In this document: positions 8,500-18,600 of the stretch, one piece after another
How the letters are laid out: each line of letters starts with the position of its first letter
Position numbering within the stretch: position 1 is the stretch's first letter
DNA from: an uncultured Oscillospiraceae bacterium
GTDB taxonomy: Bacteria; Bacillota; Clostridia; Saccharofermentanales; Saccharofermentanaceae
DNA length: 64,000 nucleotides
Reading direction: 5' to 3'
NCBI GenBank assembly: GCA_964499575.1
Contig: CAZCLK010000001.1
Location: 18,330 to 82,329 of the forward strand
Position numbers and translations under genes: made by a program
Notes under the pieces: model-generated
What the model was told of the DNA's origin: nothing
Seen by the model: only the letters and a program-made list of their open reading frames with translations
Database searches by the model: none

Positions 8500-10029
8500 A
8501 TGCTTCGAACCGCAAAAACAGAAAACGGACCGGTACGCGGTTTGCCGGCGGCCGATCCGAGAGTCACCTCGTTTAAGGGCATCCCGTTTGCCGCGCCGCC
8601 GACCGGACAAAACCGCTGGCGCGCGCCTCAACCCTGTGCCGACTGGGTAGGGATTCGCGATGCCTATGCTTTCGCGCCGATCTCCGTTCAGGACACTCCC
8701 GGGCTCGGTACCGATATTTATTGCCGCGAGTGGCATGTTGACCCGGATATTCCGATGAGTGAGGACTGCCTCTACCTTAACGTCTGGACCCCCGCGAAAA
8801 GCGCGGACGAGCGGCTTCCCGTCCTCGTGTGCTTTTTCGGCGGAGCATTTCAGTGGGGCTACACCGCGGAAATGGAGTTTGACGGCGAACGCATCGCGCG
8901 GCGCGGTGTTGTCGTCGTAAGCGTAAACTATCGCCTGGCCGCGCTCGGCTTTCTCGCCCACCCGGAAATCACCGCGTCTCAGCCGGACGCTCCGGCGAAT
9001 TTCGGAAGTCTCGATCAGCAGGCGGGGCTCCGGTGGGTTTCTAGCAATATCGCGGCATTCGGCGGAGATCCGGGCAAAATCACAATCGCGGGCCAATCCG
9101 CCGGCGGAATGAGCGTCATGACTCAGATGTCCTGTTTCGCCAATGAAGGACTTTTTCAAAGAGCCGTCGTGATGAGCGGAATGATCCGAAGCCCGTATAT
9201 GAAGGATCCTTTTGTGATTCCGAAAACACTTCCGGAAGCCGAGCGGGCCGGAGTCGATTTTTTCGAATATCTGGGCGTTCGCTCCCTATCCGAAGCGCGC
9301 GAACTGGACGTGTTTTTCATTCGCGAACGGTATGCGGAATACGTAAAAACCCACCCGCGCTTTGCGGTGATCACCGATGGTTTTTTTTGCACCGGGGATC
9401 CCTATACATCATTTGTTAACGGACGGCGCATCCGCGTTCCGGTAATGTCCGGCAATACCGGGGACGAATTTCTCCGGGGCATCGACGCAACAGACGAGGC
9501 GGGACGAGACAGCCGCGCGGTCGGGATTTTCGGCGAAAAGGCCGGAGAATTTCTATCCTTTACTGAATCGCAGGTTCGAAGCGAGCAGGGGTACGGGACA
9601 GTCAGCGGCATCGAGTGTGCAGTTAAAGCCGCTTTTCTGGCCGAAGGTTATTTAAGAGATCCGAACCCGTGCTATTATTACCGCTTCGCGCCGGGGATTC
9701 CCGGAGAAGATCAACCGGGGACTTTTCACTCGGTCGACCTGTGGTTCTTTTTCGAAACCCTTGCGAAATGTTCGCGACCCTATCGCGGAAAACACTACGA
9801 CCTCGCGCGGCAAATGTGCGACTATTTGGCAAATTTTATCAAGTCCGGGGACCCGAACGGCACGACGGACGACGGCAGTACGCTTCCGGAATGGACGCCA
9901 TTTACCGGTTCGACGCTTGCGGAGATGACATTTTGCGACGAAGGAGCTGTCCCTTCGACCGGCACCTCTTCGTTTATCCGGTTTCTGACAGAGCATATCT
10001 ATAAAGATACGGTTGAGGAGGATATCTGA
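8500..10029 (+). CDS. Type-B carboxylesterase (para-nitrobenzyl esterase-like)
   Basis: 509 aa. Nucleophile elbow GQSAGG, oxyanion region FFGGAFQWG, EDCLYLNVW motif. No signal peptide. Confidence 0.88.
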   Translation: MLRTAKTENGPVRGLPAADPRVTSFKGIPFAAPPTGQNRWRAPQPCADWVGIRDAYAFAPISVQDTPGLGTDIYCREWHVDPDIPMSEDCLYLNVWTPAKSADERLPVLVCFFGGAFQWGYTAEMEFDGERIARRGVVVVSVNYRLAALGFLAHPEITASQPDAPANFGSLDQQAGLRWVSSNIAAFGGDPGKITIAGQSAGGMSVMTQMSCFANEGLFQRAVVMSGMIRSPYMKDPFVIPKTLPEAERAGVDFFEYLGVRSLSEARELDVFFIRERYAEYVKTHPRFAVITDGFFCTGDPYTSFVNGRRIRVPVMSGNTGDEFLRGIDATDEAGRDSRAVGIFGEKAGEFLSFTESQVRSEQGYGTVSGIECAVKAAFLAEGYLRDPNPCYYYRFAPGIPGEDQPGTFHSVDLWFFFETLAKCSRPYRGKHYDLARQMCDYLANFIKSGDPNGTTDDGSTLPEWTPFTGSTLAEMTFCDEGAVPSTGTSSFIRFLTEHIYKDTVEEDI

Positions 10030-10031
10030 TC

Positions 10032-11438
10032 ATGGCAAAAGCACAAGCATTCAATCCTTATCTTCCGGGCTGGGAATACATTCCCGACGGCGAGCCCCAT
10101 GTGTACGGCGGCCGGGTCTACGTGTACGGATCTCACGACTTTTGGAACGGCCACGTATTCTGTCTCGGAGATTATGTATGCTGGTCGGCTCCGGTCGACG
10201 ATCTGAGCGATTGGCGCTATGAGGGCGTGATTTTCGAAAAGACCGCCGACCCGCTGAACCGCGAAGGCAAGATGTGCCTGTACGCGCCGGACGTTACCCG
10301 CGGACCGGACGGCCGATACTATCTCTATTACGTTTACGACAAGGTCGGGATCGTTTCGGTCGCGGTCTGCGATTCGCCCGCCGGGAAGTATGAATTTCTT
10401 GGTTACGTCCGTCACAGGGACGGAACGCTCCTGGGCGAAGCGCCCGGCGACGAGCCTTCCTTTGATCCGGCGGTGCTGACCGAAGGCGATCAGACCTATA
10501 TCTATCTGGGATTTTGCGGTCACGGAGACAAGTCGAGGACCGGCTGTATGGTCAGTGTTCTCGAAAAAGATATGCTGACCGTGAAGGAGAAACCCAGGCT
10601 TGCGGTTCCGGGAGCCCAATACAGTAAGAGTACCGGCTACGAGGGGCACGCCTATTTTGAAGCCCCGTCGATTCGGAAGGTCAACGGCAAGTATTACCTG
10701 ATCTATTCCTCTCAGCTCATGCATGAACTCTGCTATGCCGTAAGCGACCGGCCGACCGAAGGATTTGAATATAGAGGCGTACTTGTCAGCAACTGCGATA
10801 TGGGCGTCGGCACGTACAAGTCCGCGGACATGCCGTCCGCATACGGCGCGAACAATCACGGCGGGATCGCGGAAATCAGCGGGTCGTGGTATATTTTCTA
10901 CCACCGCCACACCAACGGGACATGGTACAGCCGTCAAGGGTGTGCGGAGCCTTTGGTTCTTCTTCCCGACGGCCGGTTTCCCCAGGTCGAAATGACCTCC
11001 TGCGGCCTGAACGGCGGCCCGCTTCGCGGACAGGGCGAATATGCCGCGTATATTGCCTGCAATCTATTTACAGACACTCCGTCGGTCTATGTCGGCGGCT
11101 GTGATTGCCCCAAGATCGTTCAGGACGGCCGGGACGGCGACGAGGAGATCGGGTATATCGTAAACATGAAGGACAGCGCGACGGCGGGTTTCAAATATTT
11201 CGACTGTAAGGGCGTGCGCGCGATCCGCGTGACCACGCGCGGTTACGCGGAAGGGGTCATCGAGGTACGCACCGATATTTCGGGCGAAGTGCTCGCCGGA
11301 ATCCATATTAATCATTCGAATATCTGGGAGACCGAAAGCGCCGCCATCGCTTTACCCGACGGCGTTCACTCAATCTACCTGACGTACCGCGGCGCGGGAA
11401 ACGCCGCGCTCAAATCGTTTGAGCTTTGCGCCGGATAA
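10032..11438 (+). CDS. Glycoside hydrolase family 43 (beta-xylosidase/arabinofuranosidase-like) with a C-terminal beta-sandwich domain
   Basis: 468 aa. N-terminus NPYLPGWEYIPDGEPHVY...YVYGSHD, then YAPDV and FEAPSI blocks typical of GH43. It starts 3 nt after the esterase stop. Confidence 0.8.
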   Translation: MAKAQAFNPYLPGWEYIPDGEPHVYGGRVYVYGSHDFWNGHVFCLGDYVCWSAPVDDLSDWRYEGVIFEKTADPLNREGKMCLYAPDVTRGPDGRYYLYYVYDKVGIVSVAVCDSPAGKYEFLGYVRHRDGTLLGEAPGDEPSFDPAVLTEGDQTYIYLGFCGHGDKSRTGCMVSVLEKDMLTVKEKPRLAVPGAQYSKSTGYEGHAYFEAPSIRKVNGKYYLIYSSQLMHELCYAVSDRPTEGFEYRGVLVSNCDMGVGTYKSADMPSAYGANNHGGIAEISGSWYIFYHRHTNGTWYSRQGCAEPLVLLPDGRFPQVEMTSCGLNGGPLRGQGEYAAYIACNLFTDTPSVYVGGCDCPKIVQDGRDGDEEIGYIVNMKDSATAGFKYFDCKGVRAIRVTTRGYAEGVIEVRTDISGEVLAGIHINHSNIWETESAAIALPDGVHSIYLTYRGAGNAALKSFELCAG

Positions 11439-11500
11439 TGTATATCCATACTTGTTGAGAAAAGAATCAGAAACCAATCAATGACCGGGAGGAAAATAAC

Positions 11501-12946
11501 ATGGATAAAATCACGATCGGGCGGATGAATAACGCGCCGAAGATCGACAGGAACATTTACGGGCATTTTTCCGAACATCTCGGGCATTGCATTTACGAAG
11601 GGATCTTTGTCGGAAGTAGTAGTTCGATCCCGAACATAAACGGCATCCGTACCGATGTCGTCGAGGCGATGAAAAAAATTGAGCTTCCCGTTCTCCGTTG
11701 GCCCGGCGGCTGTTTTGCCGACGAGTATCACTGGCGGGACGGGATCGGCGCGGACCGGAAAAGGATGGTCAACACCAACTGGGGCGGAGTCGTCGAGGAC
11801 AATTCATTCGGGACCCATGAATTCATGGAGCTGTGCCGTCAAGTGGGCTGCGAGCCGTATGTGAATATCAATGTCGGCAGCGGGACGGTACGCGAGATGG
11901 CCGAGTGGGTCGAGTATATGAACAGCGACGGCGATTCGACCACCGTCCGGGAACGTTGGGCGAACGGTCGGAAGGAGCCCTTTAACGTCCGCTTTTGGGG
12001 AATCGGCAACGAGAACTGGGGCGGCGGCGGAAACATGCGCCCCGAATACTATTCGGATGTTTACCGGCAGTACCAGACCTATTGCCGGGCTTACGGCGAA
12101 AATGTCCCGTACCGGATCGCCTGCGGCTCCGACGGTGAGGACCTCGAATGGACGGACGTCATGATGCGCACAGCCGCAAAGTTCATGGACGGGCTGTCGC
12201 TTCACTATTACACCATCACGAAAACCTGGGAGGACAAGGGAAGCGCGACGGATTTTGACGATAAGCTCTACCTGCAGACGCTTAAGAAGGCACTTCGTAT
12301 CGATGAGCAAATTACCAAACACGGCGCGATCATGGACCGCTATGATCCGGAGCGCAGAATCGCGATGATCGTCGACGAGTGGGGGTGCTGGCACGACGTC
12401 GAGCCCGGCACCAATCCGGGATTTCTCTTTCAGCAAAACACGATGCGCGACGCGATGGTCGCGGCGCTGTCGCTCAATATTTTTAACCGCCACGCGGACC
12501 GCGTACGCATGGCGAACATCGCTCAGGTCGTAAACGTCCTTCAGTCGATTATCCTGACCGAAGGCGAAAAGATGATCCTTACGCCGACGTATCACGTCTT
12601 TGACCTCTACCGGGGCCATATGGACGCGGAACTTCTGAACTGTAACGTCGAATGCGGATGTTTGGAGAACGGAATCGAGAAAATGAGCGTTTCCGCGTCC
12701 CGAAAAGAGGATACGATTACGGTCACGATCGCAAACTTCACCGACGCGTCCGCTGTGCGGCTCGACGGGATTTCGGCTCAAAGTGTCAGCGGCCGGATTC
12801 TATCCGGGTCCCCGCGGACGTATAACACATTTGAAAAGCCGGACGCGGTCAGCCCCGCGATTTTCGAAGGCGCAGAGCTTTTCGGGGATCATGCGAGAGT
12901 TAATCTTCCGGCAAACAGTATCGTCGCGTTGACCTTCACGATTTAG
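11501..12946 (+). CDS. abfA: Alpha-L-arabinofuranosidase, GH51
   Basis: 481 aa. [23 protein letters not shown], the acid/base block WGIGNENWG and DEWG are all typical GH51 blocks. Confidence 0.88.
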   Translation: MDKITIGRMNNAPKIDRNIYGHFSEHLGHCIYEGIFVGSSSSIPNINGIRTDVVEAMKKIELPVLRWPGGCFADEYHWRDGIGADRKRMVNTNWGGVVEDNSFGTHEFMELCRQVGCEPYVNINVGSGTVREMAEWVEYMNSDGDSTTVRERWANGRKEPFNVRFWGIGNENWGGGGNMRPEYYSDVYRQYQTYCRAYGENVPYRIACGSDGEDLEWTDVMMRTAAKFMDGLSLHYYTITKTWEDKGSATDFDDKLYLQTLKKALRIDEQITKHGAIMDRYDPERRIAMIVDEWGCWHDVEPGTNPGFLFQQNTMRDAMVAALSLNIFNRHADRVRMANIAQVVNVLQSIILTEGEKMILTPTYHVFDLYRGHMDAELLNCNVECGCLENGIEKMSVSASRKEDTITVTIANFTDASAVRLDGISAQSVSGRILSGSPRTYNTFEKPDAVSPAIFEGAELFGDHARVNLPANSIVALTFTI

Positions 12947-13003
12947 GAGGCCCTCTTCCCTGTTCTAAAAACATGCAAACACAAATAAGGAGCCGCGAAA
13001 AAT

Positions 13004-14233
13004 ATGGATTACGCACATCGAAAATCTTCCCGATTGATCCGACTCACCGATCAAACGGGAAATCCGCTTTCGAATACCGAAGTCTCTTTTGATCAAACGA
13101 AGCATGAATTCCTGTTCGGATGCGGGGCCGGCGACGCAGTCACTGCGGCCAATCCCGTAGGCGACGCCCGCGCGGACGCAATCGCAACGGAACGCCTCGA
13201 AAAATGGCTCAAAATTTTCAATTACGGAACGACTCACTTCTACTGGGACCGCTTCGAGCCCAAGCGCGGCGAGCCGAGGACCGACATTCTGATGCGCGGA
13301 GCCAAACTTCTTAAAGACCGGGGGATCCCGGTCAAAGGACATCCGCTGTGCTGGCATACCCTCGCGCCGAAGTGGCTTATGGATTTGACAGAGGACGAGA
13401 TCCTCCGCGAGCTTCTGGCCCGCATCGAGCGTGATGTGACCGCTTTTCGGGGAGTAATCGACATTTGGGACGTGATCAACGAGGTCGTCATCATGCCGGT
13501 TTTCGATAAATACGATAACGGCATCACGAGGCTCTGCCGCAAGATCGGCCGGTTCGGTATCGTCGATCAGGTGTTCCGGAAAGCGCGCGCGTGCAATCCC
13601 GACGCGACTCTGCTGCTTAACGATTTTAACATGTCGCAATCCTACGAAATCCTGATCGAAGGACTGCTCGACAAGGGCGTTCCAATCGACGTCATCGGCC
13701 TTCAGTCGCATCAGCATCAGGGATATTGGGGACTTGAAAAACTCGAGGAGGTCCTCACGCGCTTTGAACGATTCGGCCTTCCGATCCACTTCACCGAAAA
13801 CACATTCGTTTCCGGTGAGTTGATGCCGCCGGAGATCGAGGACTTGAATGATCATGTCGTTGATTCCTGGCCGTCCACGCCGGAATACGAAATTCGCCAG
13901 GCCGAAAATATCCGCGATATGTATTCCGTCCTCTTCGCTCACCCGCTTGTCAAGGGCATCACCCAGTGGGATTTCACGGACGGATGCTGGCTCGGCGCGC
14001 CTTCGGGCGTGATCCGTGCGGACGGATCGATCAAACCCGCATATGAGATGCTGGACCGGCTGGTCAATCATGAATGGCACACCTCGTTTGCTGCGAAAAC
14101 GAACGCCGACGGTATCGTAGATCTCACGGGATATCGGGGCGAGTACCGGATCTTTTGCGGCGACCGTACCGGCAGTATGATCTTGGCCGACGGGGATGCT
14201 TCAGCTATAATCGCGGCTGTCGCCGACCGCTGA
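13004..14233 (+). CDS. GH10-like endo-1,4-beta-xylanase, intracellular type
   Basis: 409 aa. WDVINEV (acid/base block), IHFTE (nucleophile block) and HPLCWH. No signal peptide. Confidence 0.7.
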   Translation: MDYAHRKSSRLIRLTDQTGNPLSNTEVSFDQTKHEFLFGCGAGDAVTAANPVGDARADAIATERLEKWLKIFNYGTTHFYWDRFEPKRGEPRTDILMRGAKLLKDRGIPVKGHPLCWHTLAPKWLMDLTEDEILRELLARIERDVTAFRGVIDIWDVINEVVIMPVFDKYDNGITRLCRKIGRFGIVDQVFRKARACNPDATLLLNDFNMSQSYEILIEGLLDKGVPIDVIGLQSHQHQGYWGLEKLEEVLTRFERFGLPIHFTENTFVSGELMPPEIEDLNDHVVDSWPSTPEYEIRQAENIRDMYSVLFAHPLVKGITQWDFTDGCWLGAPSGVIRADGSIKPAYEMLDRLVNHEWHTSFAAKTNADGIVDLTGYRGEYRIFCGDRTGSMILADGDASAIIAAVADR

Positions 14234-14249
14234 CACAAAGGAGTTCTTA

Positions 14250-14897
14250 ATGAATTTGTTCAATTACGACAGTCCTTTCAGCCGCTTCATGATGCGCTTG
14301 GTCGACATCATCGTTTTGAGTTTTCTGACGCTTCTGTATTGCCTTCCGATCATAACGATCGGTGCGGCATTTTCAGCGCTCTATTATGTCCTTCTGAAAA
14401 TGGTCCGCGATACGGACAACAGTATTGTCCGAAGCTACTTCAAGGCATTTAAGGACAATTTCGTGAAAGGAACCTTGCTTTGGATCGTCCTTTTAGTCAT
14501 TCTTTTCGTACTGTATATGGATTTCTACCTGCTTTTAAACGAAAGGATGGATCATACTGACCTGATGCTGATTCTTATTCTGATCATGAGCGCAATTTTT
14601 CTGATGGTCGGAAACTACATCTTTCCGATGCAGGCCCAGTTTGAGAATTCGGTATGGGGCACGATCAAGAAATCCTTTCTCGTCTGTGTCATGAATCTTC
14701 CCAGAAGCCTCCTTCTTCTTCTCATCATGGTAAGTCCGTTGTTAATTATCGTACTTCTGTTTCCGGAAATGGAATACTTTCTTCCGTTTGTCTATATTGC
14801 CCCGATCCCATACCTGAAGACGCAGATCCTGGTCCGCGTTTTCGATCGGTATATGCCCAAAAACAGTGAAGGAGATATTTCCGGAGAGTCACAATGA
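14250..14897 (+). CDS. YesL-like (DUF624) membrane protein
   Basis: 215 aa, multi-TM, with the N-terminal FSRFMMRLVDIIVLSFL motif. It sits immediately upstream of the YesM/YesN-type pair, as in characterised loci. Confidence 0.7.
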   Translation: MNLFNYDSPFSRFMMRLVDIIVLSFLTLLYCLPIITIGAAFSALYYVLLKMVRDTDNSIVRSYFKAFKDNFVKGTLLWIVLLVILFVLYMDFYLLLNERMDHTDLMLILILIMSAIFLMVGNYIFPMQAQFENSVWGTIKKSFLVCVMNLPRSLLLLLIMVSPLLIIVLLFPEMEYFLPFVYIAPIPYLKTQILVRVFDRYMPKNSEGDISGESQ

Positions 14898-16756
14898 AAC
14901 GACAGAAAAAATCGACATGGTTACGAAGACTATCCGCGAAAACGCTCCGCTTGGCGGAGCGGATCGCGCAATATGTAACCGGTCTTTTGAATAACCAAAA
15001 ACTCCGGTACAAAATGATCATCACGACCGTCGTGTGCGTTCTTCTTCCGATCGCGGCTACCAATATCATTTTCTTCTCGATGATGTACTCGGCCGAAAAG
15101 GAAAGACAGGAAAACGAAATCAATAACACACTGAAATCGGTCGAAATCACACTGGACAATATGATCGAGTACATGACCGGAGCAGCTGCGAATCTATATA
15201 CAACCAAAGCATTGTACCCTTTTTTGGATGAGCCCTACGACAGCGGATATGATTACCTGATCGCGTATAAAGCGAACTCCGCTCTTTTTCACAAGGTCAC
15301 ATACGGCAACAACACCTATATTTCAAACATACAGATTTATTGCGACAATGACACATTGGTCAACGGCGGCGGAATCAATCGTCTGGACACGGCACGGGAT
15401 TCGGAGTGGTACAAGCGATTTGTCCTTTCGGGCCGGCAAATGGCACTTTATCCGAGCCTGGATTCCAAATCGGAAACGGACAAGCGTGAATTGTCCCTGC
15501 TGTGTCAGATGAATTACACCGGCAACATCGACAGAGAGCGCATTATCAAGTTGAATCTGAACTATTACTATCTCACGCGGGTTCTGAATCAGCAGTACTA
15601 CAACGCCGATATATATATTTGTGACAGCGAGCGCGTGTTGTTTTCTTCCGTGGATACCAATAAAGGAACGAAGGTGTTTACTCCGCTTGACGAAATGGAC
15701 TTTTCGGATGCCCGCTATATGAGGGATTACGACGTATTCGGAGTAACATGGAAGATTTACCTCTACCCCCACAGCCACATGAGAATTAATGCAGTCGATG
15801 TCATCGGTCGGCACGGGGAGCTTTTCTTCGTGCTGGTTTTTATCAATATGCTGCTTCCGGCTATGGCAATCTACTTCATCAACCGTTCGATTACCCATCG
15901 GATCATAGTTCTGAGTAATCACCTTCAGATGGTTAAGGATGAGAAGTACGTGCAGATGGACCTCACCCCGTCCAAAGATGAAATCGGCGAACTGGTCGAG
16001 AATTATAATCTTATGGTCGCTCAGATCGATAATATGACCGGAGTCGTTTTTAAAGAGAAAATCATGCGTCAGGAATTCGAACTCGCCAAACAGAGAGCCG
16101 AACTTCAAGCCCTGCACAGTCAAATCAACCCTCATTTCATCTTCAACGCCCTCGAGAGCATTCGAATGAGAAGTCTTTTAAAAAACGAGGATGAAACGGC
16201 AAAAGTCATTGAACTTCTGGCCGTGTTGATGCGGAAATCAACGGACTGGTGGGATGACTGCGTCACGTTGGCCGATGAAGTCAGTTTTGCTGAGGCTTAT
16301 CTTAAACTTCAACAGTACCGCTTCGGCAGTCGCTTGAGTTACAAAATCAGCATCCATGAGAATTGCCTGGATCTCCTTCTGCCCAAGTTGACGCTGGTCA
16401 CTTTTGTAGAAAATGCCTGCGTTCACGGCGTGGAAAACGTCAGTCATGACTGTATGGTTCTGATTTCGGCTGAAACGGAAGACGACTTTTTGGCCATATA
16501 CGTCGAAGATACCGGAGCCGGGATGAACCCGGCCGACCGGGAGGAGATCCTGAAGGAAATGCGCGAAGGCAATATCGAGAGCCTCCGCCGTCGCCGCTCG
16601 GTCGGAATCCTCAATGCGTGTTTGAGGCTCAGAAGATATTTCGGAGACGACATTGTTTTCGAGATCGACAGCGAACCGCAAGCCGGGACCTGTATAACGA
16701 TCCGGATTCCTCTTAGTAAAATCAGTCGATGCAAAGGAGGTTCGGAAATTGCTTAA
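14894..16756 (+). CDS. Sensor histidine kinase, YesM/LytS-type (HAMP + His_kinase + HATPase)
   Basis: 620 aa. H-box region LHSQINPHFIFNALESI, N/G boxes ENACVHG and DTGAGM, two TM segments. The start overlaps the yesL-like stop (ATGA). Confidence 0.88.
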   Translation: MKRQKKSTWLRRLSAKTLRLAERIAQYVTGLLNNQKLRYKMIITTVVCVLLPIAATNIIFFSMMYSAEKERQENEINNTLKSVEITLDNMIEYMTGAAANLYTTKALYPFLDEPYDSGYDYLIAYKANSALFHKVTYGNNTYISNIQIYCDNDTLVNGGGINRLDTARDSEWYKRFVLSGRQMALYPSLDSKSETDKRELSLLCQMNYTGNIDRERIIKLNLNYYYLTRVLNQQYYNADIYICDSERVLFSSVDTNKGTKVFTPLDEMDFSDARYMRDYDVFGVTWKIYLYPHSHMRINAVDVIGRHGELFFVLVFINMLLPAMAIYFINRSITHRIIVLSNHLQMVKDEKYVQMDLTPSKDEIGELVENYNLMVAQIDNMTGVVFKEKIMRQEFELAKQRAELQALHSQINPHFIFNALESIRMRSLLKNEDETAKVIELLAVLMRKSTDWWDDCVTLADEVSFAEAYLKLQQYRFGSRLSYKISIHENCLDLLLPKLTLVTFVENACVHGVENVSHDCMVLISAETEDDFLAIYVEDTGAGMNPADREEILKEMREGNIESLRRRRSVGILNACLRLRRYFGDDIVFEIDSEPQAGTCITIRIPLSKISRCKGGSEIA

Positions 16757-18365
16757 TGTCCTGATTGTTGATGATGAGCCCTTCATCCGACAGGGGCTAG
16801 CCGTACTGATCGACTGGGATGCTGAGGGATTTTGTATCGCGGGAGAAGCCTCAAACGGAGAAGAAGCGATCGTGCTTCTGAAAAAGGGAGATTACGACCT
16901 CGTGATCGCGGATATCCGAATGCCTGTGATGGGCGGGATCGAGCTGTTGAAGCAAGCGCGGGAAAGCGGCCTGACGAACGCGCCTTTTGTGATATTGAGC
17001 GGACATTATGAATTTGAGTATGCCAAGGAAGCGATCCGATTCAATTGCACCGACTATATTTTAAAACCGATCAAGGAAGAGGAATTGCTCTGCCTTCTTC
17101 GAAAAGTCTCCGCCGACTGTGAAAAAAGCCGTGAAGCCGAAAAGCAGGAGGAATTTCGCGACCGCGTCGTACTGGAGCGTCATTTGTCCTCGATTATTCT
17201 CGGCAAATTCGACAGTATCAATCTCGACTACGCCCGCTCACACCTGGGCGCGAGCGAATGCTTTCGCTATGTCAATGTTCAGCTCGATCTGTCAGACGAT
17301 CGGGTCCGCAACGCGGACGAACGATCCCGCAGAAGCATGCAACGCAGGTTGTATGACCATCTGCGGCGGGTCATGGGAACAAACAGCCGGCATATCATCT
17401 TCGATGTCAACAAGCATGAGGATTGCTTCGACGTCGGATTCGTTTTCGCGGATTACCTGGCAACCGAACAATCCATGTCCGAGCGGGAATATCTCGAATG
17501 GTTCGCGGAAAAGGCCTCCAGCCTGGAATACGGGATCACCGTGCAGGCAGGTTGTCAGGTCCCCTCGATCGAAAAGCTGTCCGACTCCTTTCGATCGGCC
17601 ACGATCGCAAAACTGATGCACGGCTTTTCCGACGGCAGTCTTTCTCTATCGGGAGAACCGGGACAACCCGGGAAACAATACGCAGACATCGGTTACGGAG
17701 AACAAAAACGAAGTATGGATGACCTGATCTCGTCCATCGAACGGGGCGACAGACAGGAAATCGAGCGTAACGTCGGTGAATTCTATCGCCTCATCAGCGA
17801 CTCAAACATGGATTACAAATCCATTGAATTGAACATGAACTACATCATGTTCAGCCTCCTTCACCTGGCAGCGGCCAGAGATCCGAACATCAATCAGGAG
17901 GAGATCGTCGGTTATCTGATCGAAAACACTTTTGATAAAGGACTATCGCGAGGCAGCAAGCGCCATTTCCTGAATTTTTGCCTCCAGTATACGGAATATC
18001 TGGAGCAACTGAACACGCCTGCGTCCAACAACGTCATCACTAAGGTCGAGCAGGAGATCCGGGAATCTTACATGGAAAACATCAGTCTCCGGTCTTTAAG
18101 CGAAAAATACTTCATCAACAGCGCGTACCTCGGTCAGCTTTTCAAAAAGCATTACGGGTTGCCCTTCAAGGATTATCTGAACGCCCAAAGGATCAATGCC
18201 GCGGCAGAAATGCTGATCAGCACACGCAAACATGTTTACGAAATATCCGAAGCGGTCGGGTATCAAAGTCTGGACTATTTCATCTCAAAATTTGTCGCGG
18301 CGAAAGGACATACTCCGACGCAATACAGAAAAAGGTGCGAGCGCCGCTCAGCGGGAAACGATTAG
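16749..18365 (+). CDS. Response regulator with AraC-type DNA-binding domain (YesN-like)
   Basis: Receiver NVLIVDDEP...DLVIADIRMP and a C-terminal AraC HTH (SLRSLSEKYFINSAYLGQLFKK...ISEAVGYQSLDYFISKF). TTG start with AAGGAGG 8 nt upstream. Confidence 0.88.
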   Translation: MLNVLIVDDEPFIRQGLAVLIDWDAEGFCIAGEASNGEEAIVLLKKGDYDLVIADIRMPVMGGIELLKQARESGLTNAPFVILSGHYEFEYAKEAIRFNCTDYILKPIKEEELLCLLRKVSADCEKSREAEKQEEFRDRVVLERHLSSIILGKFDSINLDYARSHLGASECFRYVNVQLDLSDDRVRNADERSRRSMQRRLYDHLRRVMGTNSRHIIFDVNKHEDCFDVGFVFADYLATEQSMSEREYLEWFAEKASSLEYGITVQAGCQVPSIEKLSDSFRSATIAKLMHGFSDGSLSLSGEPGQPGKQYADIGYGEQKRSMDDLISSIERGDRQEIERNVGEFYRLISDSNMDYKSIELNMNYIMFSLLHLAAARDPNINQEEIVGYLIENTFDKGLSRGSKRHFLNFCLQYTEYLEQLNTPASNNVITKVEQEIRESYMENISLRSLSEKYFINSAYLGQLFKKHYGLPFKDYLNAQRINAAAEMLISTRKHVYEISEAVGYQSLDYFISKFVAAKGHTPTQYRKRCERRSAGND

Positions 18366-18600
18366 CCCATAAACAGGCGTTTTTTCTTATCGGAGAGTCA
18401 AAATTTGTAGGGGTATTTTCATAATTTGCACGGTTGTTGTTTTCACCCCGAAATTTAGAATATATCTAATAGCTCAAGAAAAACAGACTTGGGCATTAAG
18501 CCTACACCATTTCGTCAACAGATGCAAAACGTCTCTTCCGATTCGTTTTCTATTGAACGGCGAAAAAGGGAGGAAAAATGAAAAGGGGGATTTTATCAAG

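Noticed and set aside
8188-9159. 323-aa minus-strand ORF (plus the nested 8196-8582 ORF) spanning the intergenic region and the esterase 5' end
   Set aside because: It is antisense to a strongly recognisable carboxylesterase gene. The translation is Arg/Ser/Pro-rich with no motif, which is typical of a shadow ORF in GC-rich DNA.
9999-14080. Long minus-strand ORFs 9999-10937, 11804-12781 and 12965-14080, opposite the GH43/GH51/GH10 genes
   Set aside because: Each is fully antisense to a glycoside hydrolase with clear catalytic motifs. The translations are low-complexity (R/G/A/P-rich) and have no RBS.
14250-18365. AT-richer stretch (yesL/M/N-like genes) as evidence of horizontal transfer
   Set aside because: My hand counts of single 60-nt lines give 28/60 G+C at 14281 and 21/60 at 15301, against 35/60 at 12001. 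The adjacent binding-protein gene is GC-rich again (34/60 at 19021), while the permease genes are lower (26/60 at 21601). The heterogeneity follows gene type and is not a clean island boundary.
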